Part shown: positions 33,309 through 44,191 of the stretch, piece after piece | How positions within the stretch are numbered: the stretch's first letter is position 1 | Layout of the letters: the number at the start of each line of letters is the position of its first letter | Assembly: GCA_963695995.1 (NCBI GenBank) | Contig: CAVOIV010000029.1 | Coordinates: 70,914-134,913, forward strand | Origin: an uncultured Methylomirabilota bacterium | GTDB lineage: Bacteria > Methylomirabilota > Methylomirabilia > Methylomirabilales > 2-02-FULL-66-22 | Direction of reading: 5' to 3' | DNA: 64,000 nucleotides | The notes under the pieces: model-generated | The model's database searches: none | The model's input: the letters and a program-made list of their open reading frames with translations, nothing else | What the model was told of the DNA's origin: nothing | Made by a program: the position numbers and the translations under genes

Positions 33309-33585
33309 GGCTTACCTTCTCCTGTCCGTCCGGAAAAGGGCACCCGCCCAGTGGGCTGGCGCTCCATCGGGAAATCGGTTGTTCAGCTATGTGGAAGCCT
33401 CACACGAGTCGAGTGCCGGAATGGGCCAACCCGTGGGACGTCCGCCTCTGGGGGATGAAGGATAGGATAAGTCCGGATACTGAGAAGATTCGGCGAGGCG
33501 GCCGAAAGAGGCACAAAGAATGTCTGTGCTTTCTGTAAGGTGGGCGAAGGGTACCCGGATCAGTCCCCCTTGTCAATCGAATTCT

Positions 33586-33600
33586 TGGGGGTGTGTTTGC
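33586..33600 (+). promoter_or_regulatory. weak candidate sigma54 -24/-12 element
   Basis: TGGGGGTGTGTTTGC has GG and GC at the consensus 12-nt offset (TGGCACG-N4-TTGC), about 90 nt upstream of the MEMO-like start. Otherwise it matches the consensus poorly. Confidence 0.2.
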
Positions 33601-33686
33601 CATGACAACTAGCCCTGGGGGCGAGGCGTCCGGGCGCGGCCGGGAGCGCCGGCGGAGGCGGGGCGAGGGATCAGAGGGATAAGCTG

Positions 33687-34980
33687 ATGAGTGGTCCCAC
33701 CGACGGCATCCCGGAGTACCCCCGCCTGCGTCCGGTGGAGGGGTTTCCGGCCACCATCCGCGGGCAGGACGTGTTCTGCCTGCGCGACCCCATGCATTAC
33801 AGCGACATGGTGGTGTCCGTGCCCCCCCAGACGGCCGCCATCCTGGAGTTGTTCGACGGACGGCACTCCCTTCAGGACATCCAGGAGGCGATCAGCCGGC
33901 GGTTCGGGATGCTCCTCCGCCGAGAGCAACTCCTGGAGGTGGTGCGGTCGCTGGACGAGTGCCTCCTGCTGGAGAGCCCGCACTTCGCCGGCCACCGGGA
34001 CGCGCTGGAACGGGACTTCCGCCAGGCGCCGTGCCGCCCGGCGCGGCTGGCCGGGATGAGCTACCCGGCCGAGCCGGACGCCCTTCGGCGAGCGCTGGAC
34101 GGCTACTTCGGCGCGGCCGAAGGCCCCGGAGACACGCCCCCCAGCTCGGCGGCGGCCCGGCTGAGCGGCCTCGGTCGTCCCCCACATCGATTTCCCCCGC
34201 GGCGGGCCCTGCTACGCCTGGGGCTACCGGGAGCTGGCGGGGTCCCCTCCGGTGGACCGCTGCGTCATCCTGGGCACGGTGCACGTCCCCATCGCCCAGC
34301 CCTTCGCGCTCACCCGCAAAGATTTCGAGACGCCCCTGGGACCGGCGGAGGCGGACCAGGAGTTCCTGGACGCGCTGCTGGCGCGGGTCGGCCCCGGGTA
34401 CCTCGAGGACGAGTTCGCCCACCGCGGGGAGCATTCCATCGAGTTCCAGGCCGTGTTCCTCCGGCACGTGATCCCCGCCGGGCGGCCGGTGCGGATCGTG
34501 CCGGTGCTCTGCGGGTCGTTCCATCAGCAGGTGGAGGCGCGACGCGCGCCGGCGCCGGGGGACGGGACGGAGGCGTTTCTCGGGGCCCTGCGGGACACCA
34601 TGGCGGCCGTGGGCGGACGCACCCTGGTCCTCGCGAGCGCCGACCTCGCCCACGTCGGACCCCAGTTCGGCGATCCGCGGCCGCTGACGCCTGGGCAGCT
34701 CCGCGAGCTCGAGACGGCGGATCGCCGGATGCTGTCGTCCGCGGAGGCCGGCGACGCCGGGGGCTTCTTCCAGGCGGTGGCCGCGGACGGGGACCGCCGC
34801 CACATCTGCGGCCTGCCCCCCATCTATGCGGCGCTCCGGATTCTGGGCGGCCAGCCCGGCCGGCTCCTCCGGTACGGCCAGTGGCCGGATCCGAACGGCA
34901 CGGTCACGTTTGCCGCGCTCGCCTGGTACGCGCCGACGGCGGGCAGCGGTCAGCCGTCGGCTGTCGGCGATCAGCCATGA
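33687..34980 (+). CDS. MEMO-family protein (AmmeMemoRadiSam system protein B homologue) with N-terminal PqqD-like extension, one frameshift
   Basis: The core motifs PHIDFPRGG, EHSIEFQAVFL, DLAHVGPQFGD and ICGLPPI are in the 34252..34980 frame. The N-terminal ~160 aa are in the 33687 frame, with the junction at about 34175. Residues ~25-105 look PqqD/RRE-like. Confidence 0.75.
34944..34976. repeat. heptamer array (CAGCGGT CAGCCGT CGGCTGT CGGCGAT CAGCC) forming the last codons of the MEMO-like gene
   Basis: It has a 7-nt period and is the reverse-complement type of the GCTGACC array at 35631. Confidence 0.6.
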
Positions 34981-35399
34981 CGACGGAGAATCCACCGCCT
35001 CGCGCCTCACCCGGGTACACTGTGGATGCCGCGCACGACTGCCTGCCGCAGCTTGTCGATGCGCTGGGGCGCTGGGGGGAGCTGTTTCTCCGCATGGCGG
35101 ATGAGGACCGCGTGCCCGCGGCGGAGCAGGCGCTGGGCGGTCTGGTGGACTGGATGGGGAACGGCCTCCTGGACGGCTGGCTACACCTGCCCATCGCACG
35201 CTTCGAGGCGATCAGCGATCTGGCGGAGGATCTGCTCCAGGCGTGTCAGGCGTACCTGACGCGATTGCGGCAGGCGACGCCCTCCTGCTCTGCCGCGGAC
35301 CGGACGTCGCACAGGGCGGCCATTCGCACGATCATGGCCCGCACCCAGGCACTCGCCGTTCCGGACCCTCAACCCCCAACCCCTGACCCCAAAGGGTGA
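34977..35399 (+). CDS. hypothetical 140-aa protein, translationally coupled to the MEMO-like gene
   Basis: ATG 34977 overlaps the upstream stop (ATGA). It looks helical and has a Pro-rich tail. No family is recognised. Confidence 0.5.
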   Translation: MTTENPPPRASPGYTVDAAHDCLPQLVDALGRWGELFLRMADEDRVPAAEQALGGLVDWMGNGLLDGWLHLPIARFEAISDLAEDLLQACQAYLTRLRQATPSCSAADRTSHRAAIRTIMARTQALAVPDPQPPTPDPKG

Positions 35400-35402
35400 C
35401 CC

Positions 35403-35642
35403 ATGACCCTTCGCCGGTGGATCGAGCGACGTTTCTGGGGCCGCGGCCGCACGGTGCAGTACGTGTTCATCCATCCGACCTGCGGCCAGGCGGACGTCGA
35501 GGCGGGGTACCTACCCGAGTGGGGCCGGCCGAAGTTCCTCTGCCGCCGCTGCGGGGTCGCCTTCGAGGAGGCGACGGTCCGCCTGCAATGGCAAGGCGAT
35601 CCGGCGCCCGGTGCCGGGCTGGCCGCCGCCGCTGACCGCTGA
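35403..35642 (+). CDS. hypothetical 79-aa zinc-ribbon-like protein
   Basis: It starts 3 nt after the previous stop. HPTCG..(24 aa)..CRRCG gives a four-ligand arrangement. Its 3' end runs into heptamer repeats. Confidence 0.45.
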   Translation: MTLRRWIERRFWGRGRTVQYVFIHPTCGQADVEAGYLPEWGRPKFLCRRCGVAFEEATVRLQWQGDPAPGAGLAAAADR

Positions 35643-35668
35643 TGGCTGACCGCTGACCGCCGATTGCC
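35631..35668. repeat. heptamer array GCTGACC GCTGATG GCTGACC GCTGACC GCCGATT
   Basis: A perfect 7-nt period spanning the stop codon of the 79-aa ORF and the gap before the amidohydrolase RBS. Confidence 0.7.
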
Positions 35669-35684
35669 GAGCGCAGGAGGTCAC

Positions 35685-36845
35685 ATGTACGATCTCGTGA
35701 TCAGAAACGGGGTGCTCGTCGATCCCGCGCAGGGGCTGTCCGAGAAGCGCGACCTGGCGATCCAGGCGGGCCGGATCGTGTCGGTCGCCGCGGAGATCGC
35801 CCCGGACGCGGCCTGGGATTCGCTGGACGCGTCGGGCCACCTGGTGACGCCGGGCCTGATCGACATCCACGTCCACGTGTATCCCGGGGTGAGCCATTAC
35901 GGGGTCGCGCCGGACGCCACCTGCCTGGCCCGAGGGGTGACCACCGTCTGCGACGCGGGCTCCGCCGGGGCGGACACCTTCGACGGATTGCGGCGGTACG
36001 TCATCGACGTCTCCGAGACGCGGGTGCTGGCGTTCCTGAACATCTCCGCCATCGGAATGGTGAGCCCGCTGGACAACGAATTGGAGGACCTCCGCCACGC
36101 CAGCCCGGAGCGGGCGATCGGGGTCGTCGAGCGGAACCGGGACCTGATCCAGGGGATCAAGGTCCGTCTGTCGCGCCGCCACGTGGGCAGCAACGGTCTG
36201 GAGCCGCTGCGGCTCGCCCGACGAGCCGCCGAGGCCGTGGGGATGCCGATCATGGTCCACGTGGGCGACACGGACCCGTCGCTCGCCGAGATCCTCGCGC
36301 AGCTCCGGCCTCAAGACATCGTGACACATTGCTTCCACGGCCGGTCCCACGGCATCCTGGACGAAGCGGGCGTCGTGCGACCGGAGGTGGCGGAGGCGGC
36401 CCGGAAGGGGATCGTGTTCGATGTGGGCCATGGGGTCGGCAGCTTCAGCTTCGACGTGGCGCGGAAGGCCCTGGCGCAGGGGCTGACGCCGGCCACGATC
36501 AGCAGCGACCTGCACCATTACAACGTGAACGGTCCGGTCTTCGACCTGGCCACCACCATGTCCAAGTTCCTCCTGCTCGGATTGCCGCTGCATGAGGTGC
36601 TGGCCAAGACCACGTCCGTCCCGTCACGCCTGTTGGGGCTCGACGATCGGCTGGGCGCCATCCGCGAAGGGTTCCTGGCGGACATCACGGTCTTCAGGCT
36701 GGCCGAGGGGGAGTTCGAGTTCGAGGACAGCATGAAACTGAAGGTGGCGGGGCGGCAGAAGCTGGAGCCCGTCGCCGTGATCCGCCGCGGGCGCATCTAC
36801 CGCAGCGATCTCCGCGTGCAACGGAGAATCGGCCACAGGTTCTGA
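35685..36845 (+). CDS. amidohydrolase/deacetylase-family metallohydrolase (dihydroorotase-like)
   Basis: Intact 386 aa from ATG 35685 after AGGAGG. MYDLVIRNGVLVDP.., PGLIDIHVHV (HxH metal motif) and HCFHG are present. Confidence 0.75.
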   Translation: MYDLVIRNGVLVDPAQGLSEKRDLAIQAGRIVSVAAEIAPDAAWDSLDASGHLVTPGLIDIHVHVYPGVSHYGVAPDATCLARGVTTVCDAGSAGADTFDGLRRYVIDVSETRVLAFLNISAIGMVSPLDNELEDLRHASPERAIGVVERNRDLIQGIKVRLSRRHVGSNGLEPLRLARRAAEAVGMPIMVHVGDTDPSLAEILAQLRPQDIVTHCFHGRSHGILDEAGVVRPEVAEAARKGIVFDVGHGVGSFSFDVARKALAQGLTPATISSDLHHYNVNGPVFDLATTMSKFLLLGLPLHEVLAKTTSVPSRLLGLDDRLGAIREGFLADITVFRLAEGEFEFEDSMKLKVAGRQKLEPVAVIRRGRIYRSDLRVQRRIGHRF

Positions 36846-37019
36846 CGCGCCACGCGATCGGTCAACGGGATCCCTCTCGGCGACGGCCGTCTTCGCTTGC
36901 GTCCCGTCCCAGTCTCCGTACTCCCGCTCGACGTACCCGCGCACACGACGCTCTGGCGTTCATCTTGCGGGCTCCCCTACCCTGCGGCCTGCTCTCCCGT
37001 ACATGGCTCACTTCTTGCC

Positions 37020-37047
37020 TTGACACACCTCATCGGCGTCATAGAGT
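37020..37047 (+). promoter_or_regulatory. candidate sigma70 promoter for the signalling block
   Basis: TTGACA (37020-25), 16-nt spacer, TAGAGT (37042-47), about 120 nt upstream of ATG 37168. Confidence 0.45.
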
Positions 37048-37167
37048 GTTGACGCGCTTGCGTCTGCTTTTCGGGGCACTTCTGCGGCGCCAGACGCTCG
37101 CCGCGTAGGTTGGATCCGGTCCATGTTGCCCGATCCACCTGATCCAGCGCCTGTCCCTGGAGGAGCC

Positions 37168-38561
37168 ATGAGAAAGACACGCCACTTCAGCTTAAGCGCC
37201 TGGCTCGCGCTCCTCGTCCTCGGCGCCGTGGTGCCGTTGCTCTTATTCGCCGGGCTCACGTTGCGCGGCATCTTGCAGACGTCGCGGGCGCTGGCGGATC
37301 GGGGGCAGGTCGACACGACCCGGGCCCTCGCCCTGGCCGTGGACGGGGAGGTGCGATCGTGGAAGGCGGCCCTGGCGGCTCTCGCCGAATCGAAGAGCAA
37401 CCGAGCCGGGCCGGTTGGCCGAGTTCTACGAGGAGGCCCGCCAGGTCGGCGCGCAGCACGACGGGTGGGTCGTGCTCACCGTGGCCTCGGGCGAGCAGCT
37501 CTTCAACACCCTCCTGCCCTATGGGGCCCCGCTCCAGAAGACCAGCTCGCCCGAGACGATCGACGCGATCTTCCGGGAGGGCAAGCCCATCGTGAGCGAC
37601 TTGATCTGGGGGAAGAATGCCCAGCGGTACCTCGTGGCGGTCGCCGTCCCCGTGAGGCGCGGCGGGAAGGTGGTCCACTGCCTCACCCTGAATTTCTCAC
37701 CGGACCGCCTCACCCAGCTCCTCCTCCGCCAGCAGGTCCCCGCCTCCTGGGTGGCCGCCATCAACGACACGCAGCGGCGAGTGGTCGCCCGATCCGTCCT
37801 CGCCGAGGCGCGCGTCGGGAAGCCGGTGGCGGAGTGGTTCGCGGCAGCCACGCGGGCCGCAGAGAGCGGGGTCGTGACCGGCCCGCTGATGGACGGCCGG
37901 CTGGGGCAACTCGCCTTCCAGCGACTCCACGAAGTCCCTTGGGTCGTGGCGCTTGGTGTGCCGGTGGCGGAGCTGCAGTCGGCGGCGCCGATTTGGGGGT
38001 TCCTCTCGGTCGGGTTGATCCTGGGGTCGGTCGCCGTCGGAATGGCCGTCTACATGGGCCGCAAGATCGTGCTGCCGGTGAGGCACCTGGCGCGGACCAG
38101 CGCGCGCCTGCTTCGCGGCGAGGCGGGCGACCTGGGTCCGCCGACCAGGGTGCGCGAGGTGCAGGAACTTCAGCACGCGCTTATCGACGCTTCAGCCGCG
38201 GCCCGAGCGCACGCTGAGGAACGCGAGCGGGCGGCGGAGGAGCTCCGCCGCGCCAACGAGATGCTGGAGGCGCGCGTCCAGGAGCGCACGGCGGCCCTGC
38301 GCGAGAGCCAGGCGGACCTGAGCCACGCCCAGGCCGTGGCCCACTGGGGAGCTGGCGCCTGAACGTCCAGCGCAACGAGCTGCTCTGGTCCGACGAGAAC
38401 TGGCGGATCTTGGGGTCCCCAAGGGTTCACACCGCTCAACTCGTGGCATGGTCGGTCGCGAACTGCGTATGATCGAGTTGAAGAAAGAAATCAACGAACT
38501 GTGCGCCTTGGGCGGACAGCCGCCGCGCTACCCGGGTGATGTCGATACGGAACAGCGATGA
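37168..38561 (+). pseudogene. membrane sensor (periplasmic Cache-like domain, TM, HAMP-like linker, coiled coil, truncated PAS) lacking a kinase core; frameshifted
   Basis: An N-terminal TM segment is followed by a ~270-aa extracytoplasmic region, a second TM (IWGFLSVGLILGSVAVGMAVYM) and a coiled coil. A PAS start (WRLNVQRNELLWSDENWRI.G.P.G) jumps to a C-terminal ..RELRMIELKKEINELCALGGQPPRY tail. The frame junctions are at about 37410, 38345 and 38415. The stop overlaps the next start. Confidence 0.6.
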
Positions 38562-41316
38562 CGACGACGACACATCCTGAGGTACAACGTCAAGCGCCCG
38601 GCTGGTGGCACCGGTTGGCCTGGCTGCCGGTTCCCCTGTTTCTGGCGGCCATCGCGATCCTGTTCTTTCTCGATCCCGGCCGGTCCTACGAGCGGCCCCA
38701 CCTGCTGATGGCCTTGATCTTCGTCTGTTCGGGGCTGCCGGCCGCGTTCGTCGCCTACCTGTGCGCGCGGAGTTACCTTGCCCACGGCGCGCCTGGCCTG
38801 TTGCTGTTGGGCTGCGGCGTGCTGCTGTGGGGCACTGCCGGCATGGTGGGCGTCGTCGCGGGCCTGATCGAAACCCCGGGTCCGAGACGCCGCCAACGTC
38901 GCCATCACCATCCATAATAGTAGTGTCTGGTTGTCGGCCGTGTGCCAACTCGCCGGCGCCGTCCTGTTGCTTTACCCGCGGCGGGCAATGCGGACGCCGG
39001 GCCTGTGGCTCTCGGCCGCCTGCGCGATCATCCTGGGACTGGTCGGGCTGCTCACACTGGCGGCCCTGGGTCAGTGGACGCCGACGTTTTTCGTTCAGGG
39101 CCGGGGCGGGACACCGCTGCGGCAGTTCGTGTTGGGCTCGGGCACCGGCATGTTCGTTCTCAGCTCTGTCCTGCTCTGGCTGACCGGCCGCAGGGTTGCG
39201 TCCTCCTTTACGTACTGGTTCTCTTTGGCCCTGGCCCTGATCGCCCTCGGCCTGTTGGCGGTGATGGGCCAGTCGGTCCAAGGAGGCATTCTGGGCTGGA
39301 CGGGGCGTGCGGCGCAGTTCCTCGGCAGCGCCTACATGCTGGTTGCGGCGCTCATCTCGGCGCGCGAGTCCCGCGTGTGGGGCATACCACTGGCGGAGGC
39401 GTTGAGTGCGGCGCAAGAGCAATACCGTGCACTTGTGGAAGATGTCTCCCGACGCCACTCGTTGTGCATGCCGACGGCAAGTGGGTGTTCGCCAACTCGG
39501 CGGCCCTGCGGCTTCGGCGCGACCCGCGAGGAAGACATCCTGGGGCGTGAGGCGCTCGACCTCGTCCACGTCGACGACCGTGAGGTCGCGGCGGGCCATA
39601 TTCTCCTCCTCGACCAGAGAGGTCAGGCAACGCGGGCCCGGGTGTTCAAGGCGCGCCGCCTGGATGGCCAGCTTCTGGACGTGGAATCGTCCGCTAGCTC
39701 GATCGAGTTCCAAGGCCGCCCGGCCGTGCTGGTGGTCCTGCACGACATCACCGTGCGCGAGCAGGCGGAAGAGGCGCTGCGCGAGAGCGAAGCGAAGTAC
39801 CGCAATCTGTTCGAGAACATGACCGAGGAGGTTCATTTCTGGCAACTGGTCCGGGATGAGGAGGGTCGGATCAAGACCTGGAGGCTCGTGGACGCCAACC
39901 CGCCACGCTGAGAACCTGGGGAAGGACGCTCGACGAGATCAAGGGAAAGACCACGGACGAGATCTTCGGCCAGGGCGCCACGGAACATTACATGCCTGTC
40001 GTGCAAAAGATCATGACCGACGGCGTTCCGCATGTGTTCGAGGACTACTTCCCCAACCTGGGGAAGCACTTTCGGTTCACCAGCGTCCCGCTTGGCGATT
40101 ACTTCATCACCACGGGCGCCGACATCACCCAGCACAAACGGGCCGAGGACGAACTCCGGAAATTCAGCGCCGAGCTGCAGGCCGCCAACGTTTCCCTAGG
40201 CGAGTCCCGCCGGGCTGCCCTCAACCTGATGGAGGACGCGCATCGCCGCTCGCCAGCGGGCCGAACAGGCCAGCGCCGAGCTGCGGCAGGAAGTCGCCGA
40301 GCGCCAGCGGGCCGAGGAGGAAATCCAATACCTCGCCCGATTCCCCGCCGAGAATCCCAGCCCAGTTCTCCGCCTGGATGCCGACGGTCGCATCCTCTTT
40401 GCCAACGAGATCGGCGCGTTCGTGCTGGAGCAGTGGGATGCTGCGATCGGCTGACCAGGCACCCGCCCCGTGGCCCGACACCGTTCGGGACGCACTGGCC
40501 AGCCGGTCCGGGATCACGGTCGATCTCGGGTGCGGGGACCGCACCTATTCGTGTTTGTCGACGCCGATCCCCGACGCCGGCTACGTCAATCTGTACACGA
40601 GCGACATCACCGAACGCAAGGAGGCCGAGGAGCGGCTCAAGGCCTCCTTGCGCGAGAAGGAGGTGCTCCTGAAGGAGATCCATCACCGGGTGAAGAACAA
40701 CCTGCAGGTCATCTCCAGCCTGGTGAGGCTGCAGGCCGACGCCCTCGACGACCCGGCCCTGCGCGATCTGTTCAGGGACGTGCACGACCGGGTGCGGTCC
40801 ATGGCGCTGGTGCACGAGAAGCTGTACGAGTCCGCTAACCTGGCTGAGGTGGACTTTGCCGACTACGCGCAGAGCCTGCTCGCCTACCTCTGGCGCGCCC
40901 ACGGCGCCGCCGCGGCACGTATCCGGCTCACACTGGAACTGGACCCGGTGGCGCTCTCGGTGGAGACGGCCGTGCCGTGCGGGCTGATCCTCAACGAGTT
41001 GGCCGGCAATGCCCTCAAGCACGCCTTCGCGGGCCGGACGGAAGGCGACGTGACCGTGGCACTGCGCAACGACGCGGCCGGCCGGGTGAGCCTCGGCGTG
41101 GGCGATAACGGCGTCGGCCTGCCGGCGGGGACGGACTGGCGACAATCGCGCTCCCTCGGCCTGCGGCTGGTGCAGATGTTGGCCGGCCAATTGAATGCCA
41201 CGTTGGAGGCGCGGGGCGGGGACGGGACGGTATTCGAGATCTCCTTCACTCCGCCGGTCGCGCACGGAGGCGCGGACGGGCGGGCGCTGAACCCTGGGAA
41301 GGAAGTCCATGAGTAA
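38558..41316 (+). pseudogene. multi-PAS membrane sensor histidine kinase, HisKA_2-type core; about six frameshifts
   Basis: The N-terminal polytopic membrane region is followed by at least three PAS-like modules (..DITVREQAEEALRESEAKYRNLFENM.., ..[14 protein letters not shown].., ..[14 protein letters not shown]..). Then comes [23 protein letters not shown] (HisKA_2) and an HATPase_c domain ([12 protein letters not shown].., DNGVGLP). The pieces lie in the 38558, 38931, 39992, 39856 and other frames. Confidence 0.8.
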
Positions 41317-43321
41317 AGCCAGCATTCTCATCGTCGAGGACGAGGCGATCATCGCCGACGATCTTGCCAACAAACTGCGCGACCGCGACTACGAAGTCGT
41401 CGGCATCACCGCGCGAGGCGAGGAAGCCGTCGCCCTGGCGCAGTCCCGGCGTCCGGACCTGGTGCTGATGGACATCCAGCTGGCAGGCGCCATGGACGGC
41501 GTGGCGGCAGCGGAGGTCATTCGCCAGCAATGCGACCTGCCGGTGGTCTACCTGACGGCGCACTCGGACCGCATCACCCTGCAGCGCGCCAAGCTCACCG
41601 AGCCGTTCGGCTACATCCTCAAGCCGTTCGAGGAGCGGGAGCTGGAAGCCCACATCGAGATGGCGCTCTACAAGCATCAGACCGACCGGAAGCTGCGCGA
41701 GCAACGCGAATGGCTGCGCATAACGCTGACCAGCATCGGGGATGCCGTCATCGCCACCGACACCGCCGGCCGAATCACCTTCCTCAACCCGGTCGCCGAG
41801 TCGGTCACCGGCTGGAAAGAGAGAGACGCGCTCGGCCGGCCGATCACGCGAGCGTCTTCCGGATCATCAACGAACAGACCCGCGAGACAGCCGAGGACAT
41901 CGTTGAGCGCGTACTGCGGGAAGGGCACGTCGTCAACTTGGCCAACCACACCGCGCTGATCACCCGCGACGGTGGTGAGACTCCTCATCGAGGACAGCGC
42001 GGCGCCGATCAGGGACGGCGTCGGCCGGGTGGCGGGCGTGGTATTGGTGTTCCACGACGTCACCGAGAAACGGCGCGCGCAGGAGGTGCAGCGGCGGTAC
42101 CAGCTCATCGTGCCGCGGGCGGAGGAGGCGCTGCGGGAGGCCCACGACAACCTGGAAGAGCAGGTACAGGCGCGGACGGCGGAGTTGTCCGAGGCCATCG
42201 TGGCCCTCGAACGGCAGGCGGAACAACTCCGGGCCCTCGCGGCGGAGCTGACCTTGGCGGAGCAGCGGGAGCGCCGCCGCCTGGCCGAGGTGCTCCACGA
42301 CGGCTTGCAGCAACTCCTGGTGGCGGCGCGCGTCCGGGCGCACATGCTGGGGCGGTCCACTGACCCGGGGGTCCGGCACGGCTGTCAGGAGATGGTCGCC
42401 CTCCTCGAGGAGGCCCTCGCCGAGGCGCGGACGCTCACCGGGGAGCTCAGCCCGCCTACCCTGCAGAAGGGCGGCTTGCTTCCGGCCCTGGAGTGGCTGA
42501 CCCGTTGGATGGGGGAGAAGCACCACCTCACGGTACGCTTGCGCCCTCCCGCGGCCCCGCTGCCGGCTCTTGCGGAGGACGTCTCCGTGCTCCTGTACCA
42601 GGCCGTGCGGGAGCTCTTGCTCAACACCGTCAAGTACGCCCAGGTGACCGTGGCCGAGGTGGCGCTCACCCAGGAGGACGATGCCCTCACGCTCACGGTG
42701 GCCGATGCGGGCGTCGGTTTCGACCCCACCCGGCTCCGCGTCTTGGGCGGGACCGAGGGCGGGTTCGGCCTCTTCGGAATCCGCGAGCGCTTGGAACTCA
42801 TGGGCGGCCGGCTCAAGGTCGAGAGCGCCCCTGGTCGGGGCAGCCGGTTCACGTTGGTCGTCCCGCTGCGCCTGGTCTCGGGGGAGGAATCGGCGATCCG
42901 ACCGCGGGAGGTCCCCGCGGTCGTGCCAGGCGGGGTACCCGCGGGGCGCCGAACGCGCGTCTTGGTGGTGGACGATCATGCGTTGGTGCGCCGGGGCTTC
43001 GCCACCTTGCTCGCGGGGGAACCGGACCTGGAAGTGGTGGGCGAGGCGGCCGATGGGAAGGTCGCCATCGAGCTGACACGCCAGCTCCGGCCGGATGTCA
43101 TCCTGATGGACGTCAATATGCCCGTCCTCGACGGGATCGAGGCCACCCGGGCCATCCATGTGGAGTTCCCCGCGTTGCGGGTGATCGGCCTCTCGGTGTT
43201 GGATGCCACCGACCAGCCGGCCGCGATGAAAGAGGCCGGGGCGGTGGCCTATCTTTCCAAGAGCGACTCCGCCGAGGCCCTGCTCGCCGTGGTTCGGGGT
43301 GGTGGCGCCTCCCCGACGTGA
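41309..43321 (+). CDS. hybrid sensor kinase: receiver-PAS-HisKA_3-HATPase_c-receiver; two frameshifts
   Basis: The N-terminal receiver ([21 protein letters not shown]) is followed by a PAS domain (junctions at about 41850 and 41975). Next come [15 protein letters not shown] (HisKA_3 H-box), the ATPase domain and a C-terminal receiver ([20 protein letters not shown]). The start overlaps the previous stop. Confidence 0.85.
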
Positions 43322-43391
43322 GCGCCGGGGCGGTCGCCCCGATGCTGTTCACCGAGATTGTCGGCCGGCCGACATCCCTCCGTGGTCGTCG

Positions 43392-43420
43392 TTGACACCA
43401 CGCCGGTCGTTCGATAACCT
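43392..43420 (+). promoter_or_regulatory. candidate sigma70 promoter upstream of the NarL-type regulator
   Basis: TTGACA (43392-97), 17-nt spacer, TAACCT (43415-20). Confidence 0.35.
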
Positions 43421-43534
43421 TCCGTCGACGGTGCGACGGTATGGACGCCAAACACCAGACGGTTGGTGTGGATTGGCTTGACGGATCAGAGCCATCCCAG
43501 GGAAACCGGAGAGCCAAAGGACGCAGCAGAGGAC

Positions 43535-44191
43535 ATGGGTCGGACGACCGTCGTGCTGGCGGATGACCACCACATCCTGCGACAGGGCCTCCGGGCCTTG
43601 CTGGAGGCCGAGGCCGAGTTCGCCGTCATCGGCGAGGAGGCCGATGGTTTGAAAGTGGTCGCGTTGGTCGACCGGTTGAGGCCGGACGTGCTGATGCTGG
43701 ACGTGATGATGCCCGGCTTGAACGGGCTGGAGATCACACGCCAGATCGTCCAGCGGGGCTTCAAGACCCGGATCGTCATTCTTTCTATGCACGCCAACGA
43801 GACCTACGTGCGAGAAGCCCTGCGCAATGGCGCTGCGGGTTATGTCCTCAAGGATGCCAACCCCACCGAGATGGTCCAAGCCGTCCGCGAAGTGAGTGCC
43901 GGCCGCCGATATTTGAGTGCGTCCCTGTCCGAACGCGCCATCGAGGCCTACGCCCACCAAGCCCAGGACGCCCCCGCGAATCTGTACGAAACGCTCACCA
44001 CCCGGGAGCGGGAGATCCTCCAGTTGGCCGCCGAGAGCTCCAGCATCGCCGAGATCGCCGCCCGGCTGGGCATCAGCCCCCGGACGGTGGAGACCCACCG
44101 GGAAAACCTGATGCGGAAACTCGGACTCCAGAGCCAGACCGACCTGATCCGATACGCTCTCCGACGAGGGATCCTGCCGCTGGAGGATTGA
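43535..44191 (+). CDS. NarL/FixJ-family response regulator (receiver + LuxR-type HTH)
   Basis: Intact 218 aa from ATG 43535. VLADDHHIL.., DVLMLDVMMPGLNG and the C-terminal LTTREREILQLAAESSSIAEIAARLGISPRTVETHR are present. Confidence 0.9.
   Translation: MGRTTVVLADDHHILRQGLRALLEAEAEFAVIGEEADGLKVVALVDRLRPDVLMLDVMMPGLNGLEITRQIVQRGFKTRIVILSMHANETYVREALRNGAAGYVLKDANPTEMVQAVREVSAGRRYLSASLSERAIEAYAHQAQDAPANLYETLTTREREILQLAAESSSIAEIAARLGISPRTVETHRENLMRKLGLQSQTDLIRYALRRGILPLED

Noticed and set aside
33309-33686. A riboswitch or known structured RNA in the 380-nt gap upstream of the MEMO-like gene.
   Set aside because: I could not match any riboswitch, SRP, 6S, tmRNA or RNase P core motif by eye. Only small generic hairpins are present, so it would need a covariance-model scan.
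33687-36845. A complete AmmeMemoRadiSam system.
   Set aside because: Only the MEMO (B) component is present. No AMMECR1-like or radical SAM gene is in the cluster or elsewhere in the window.
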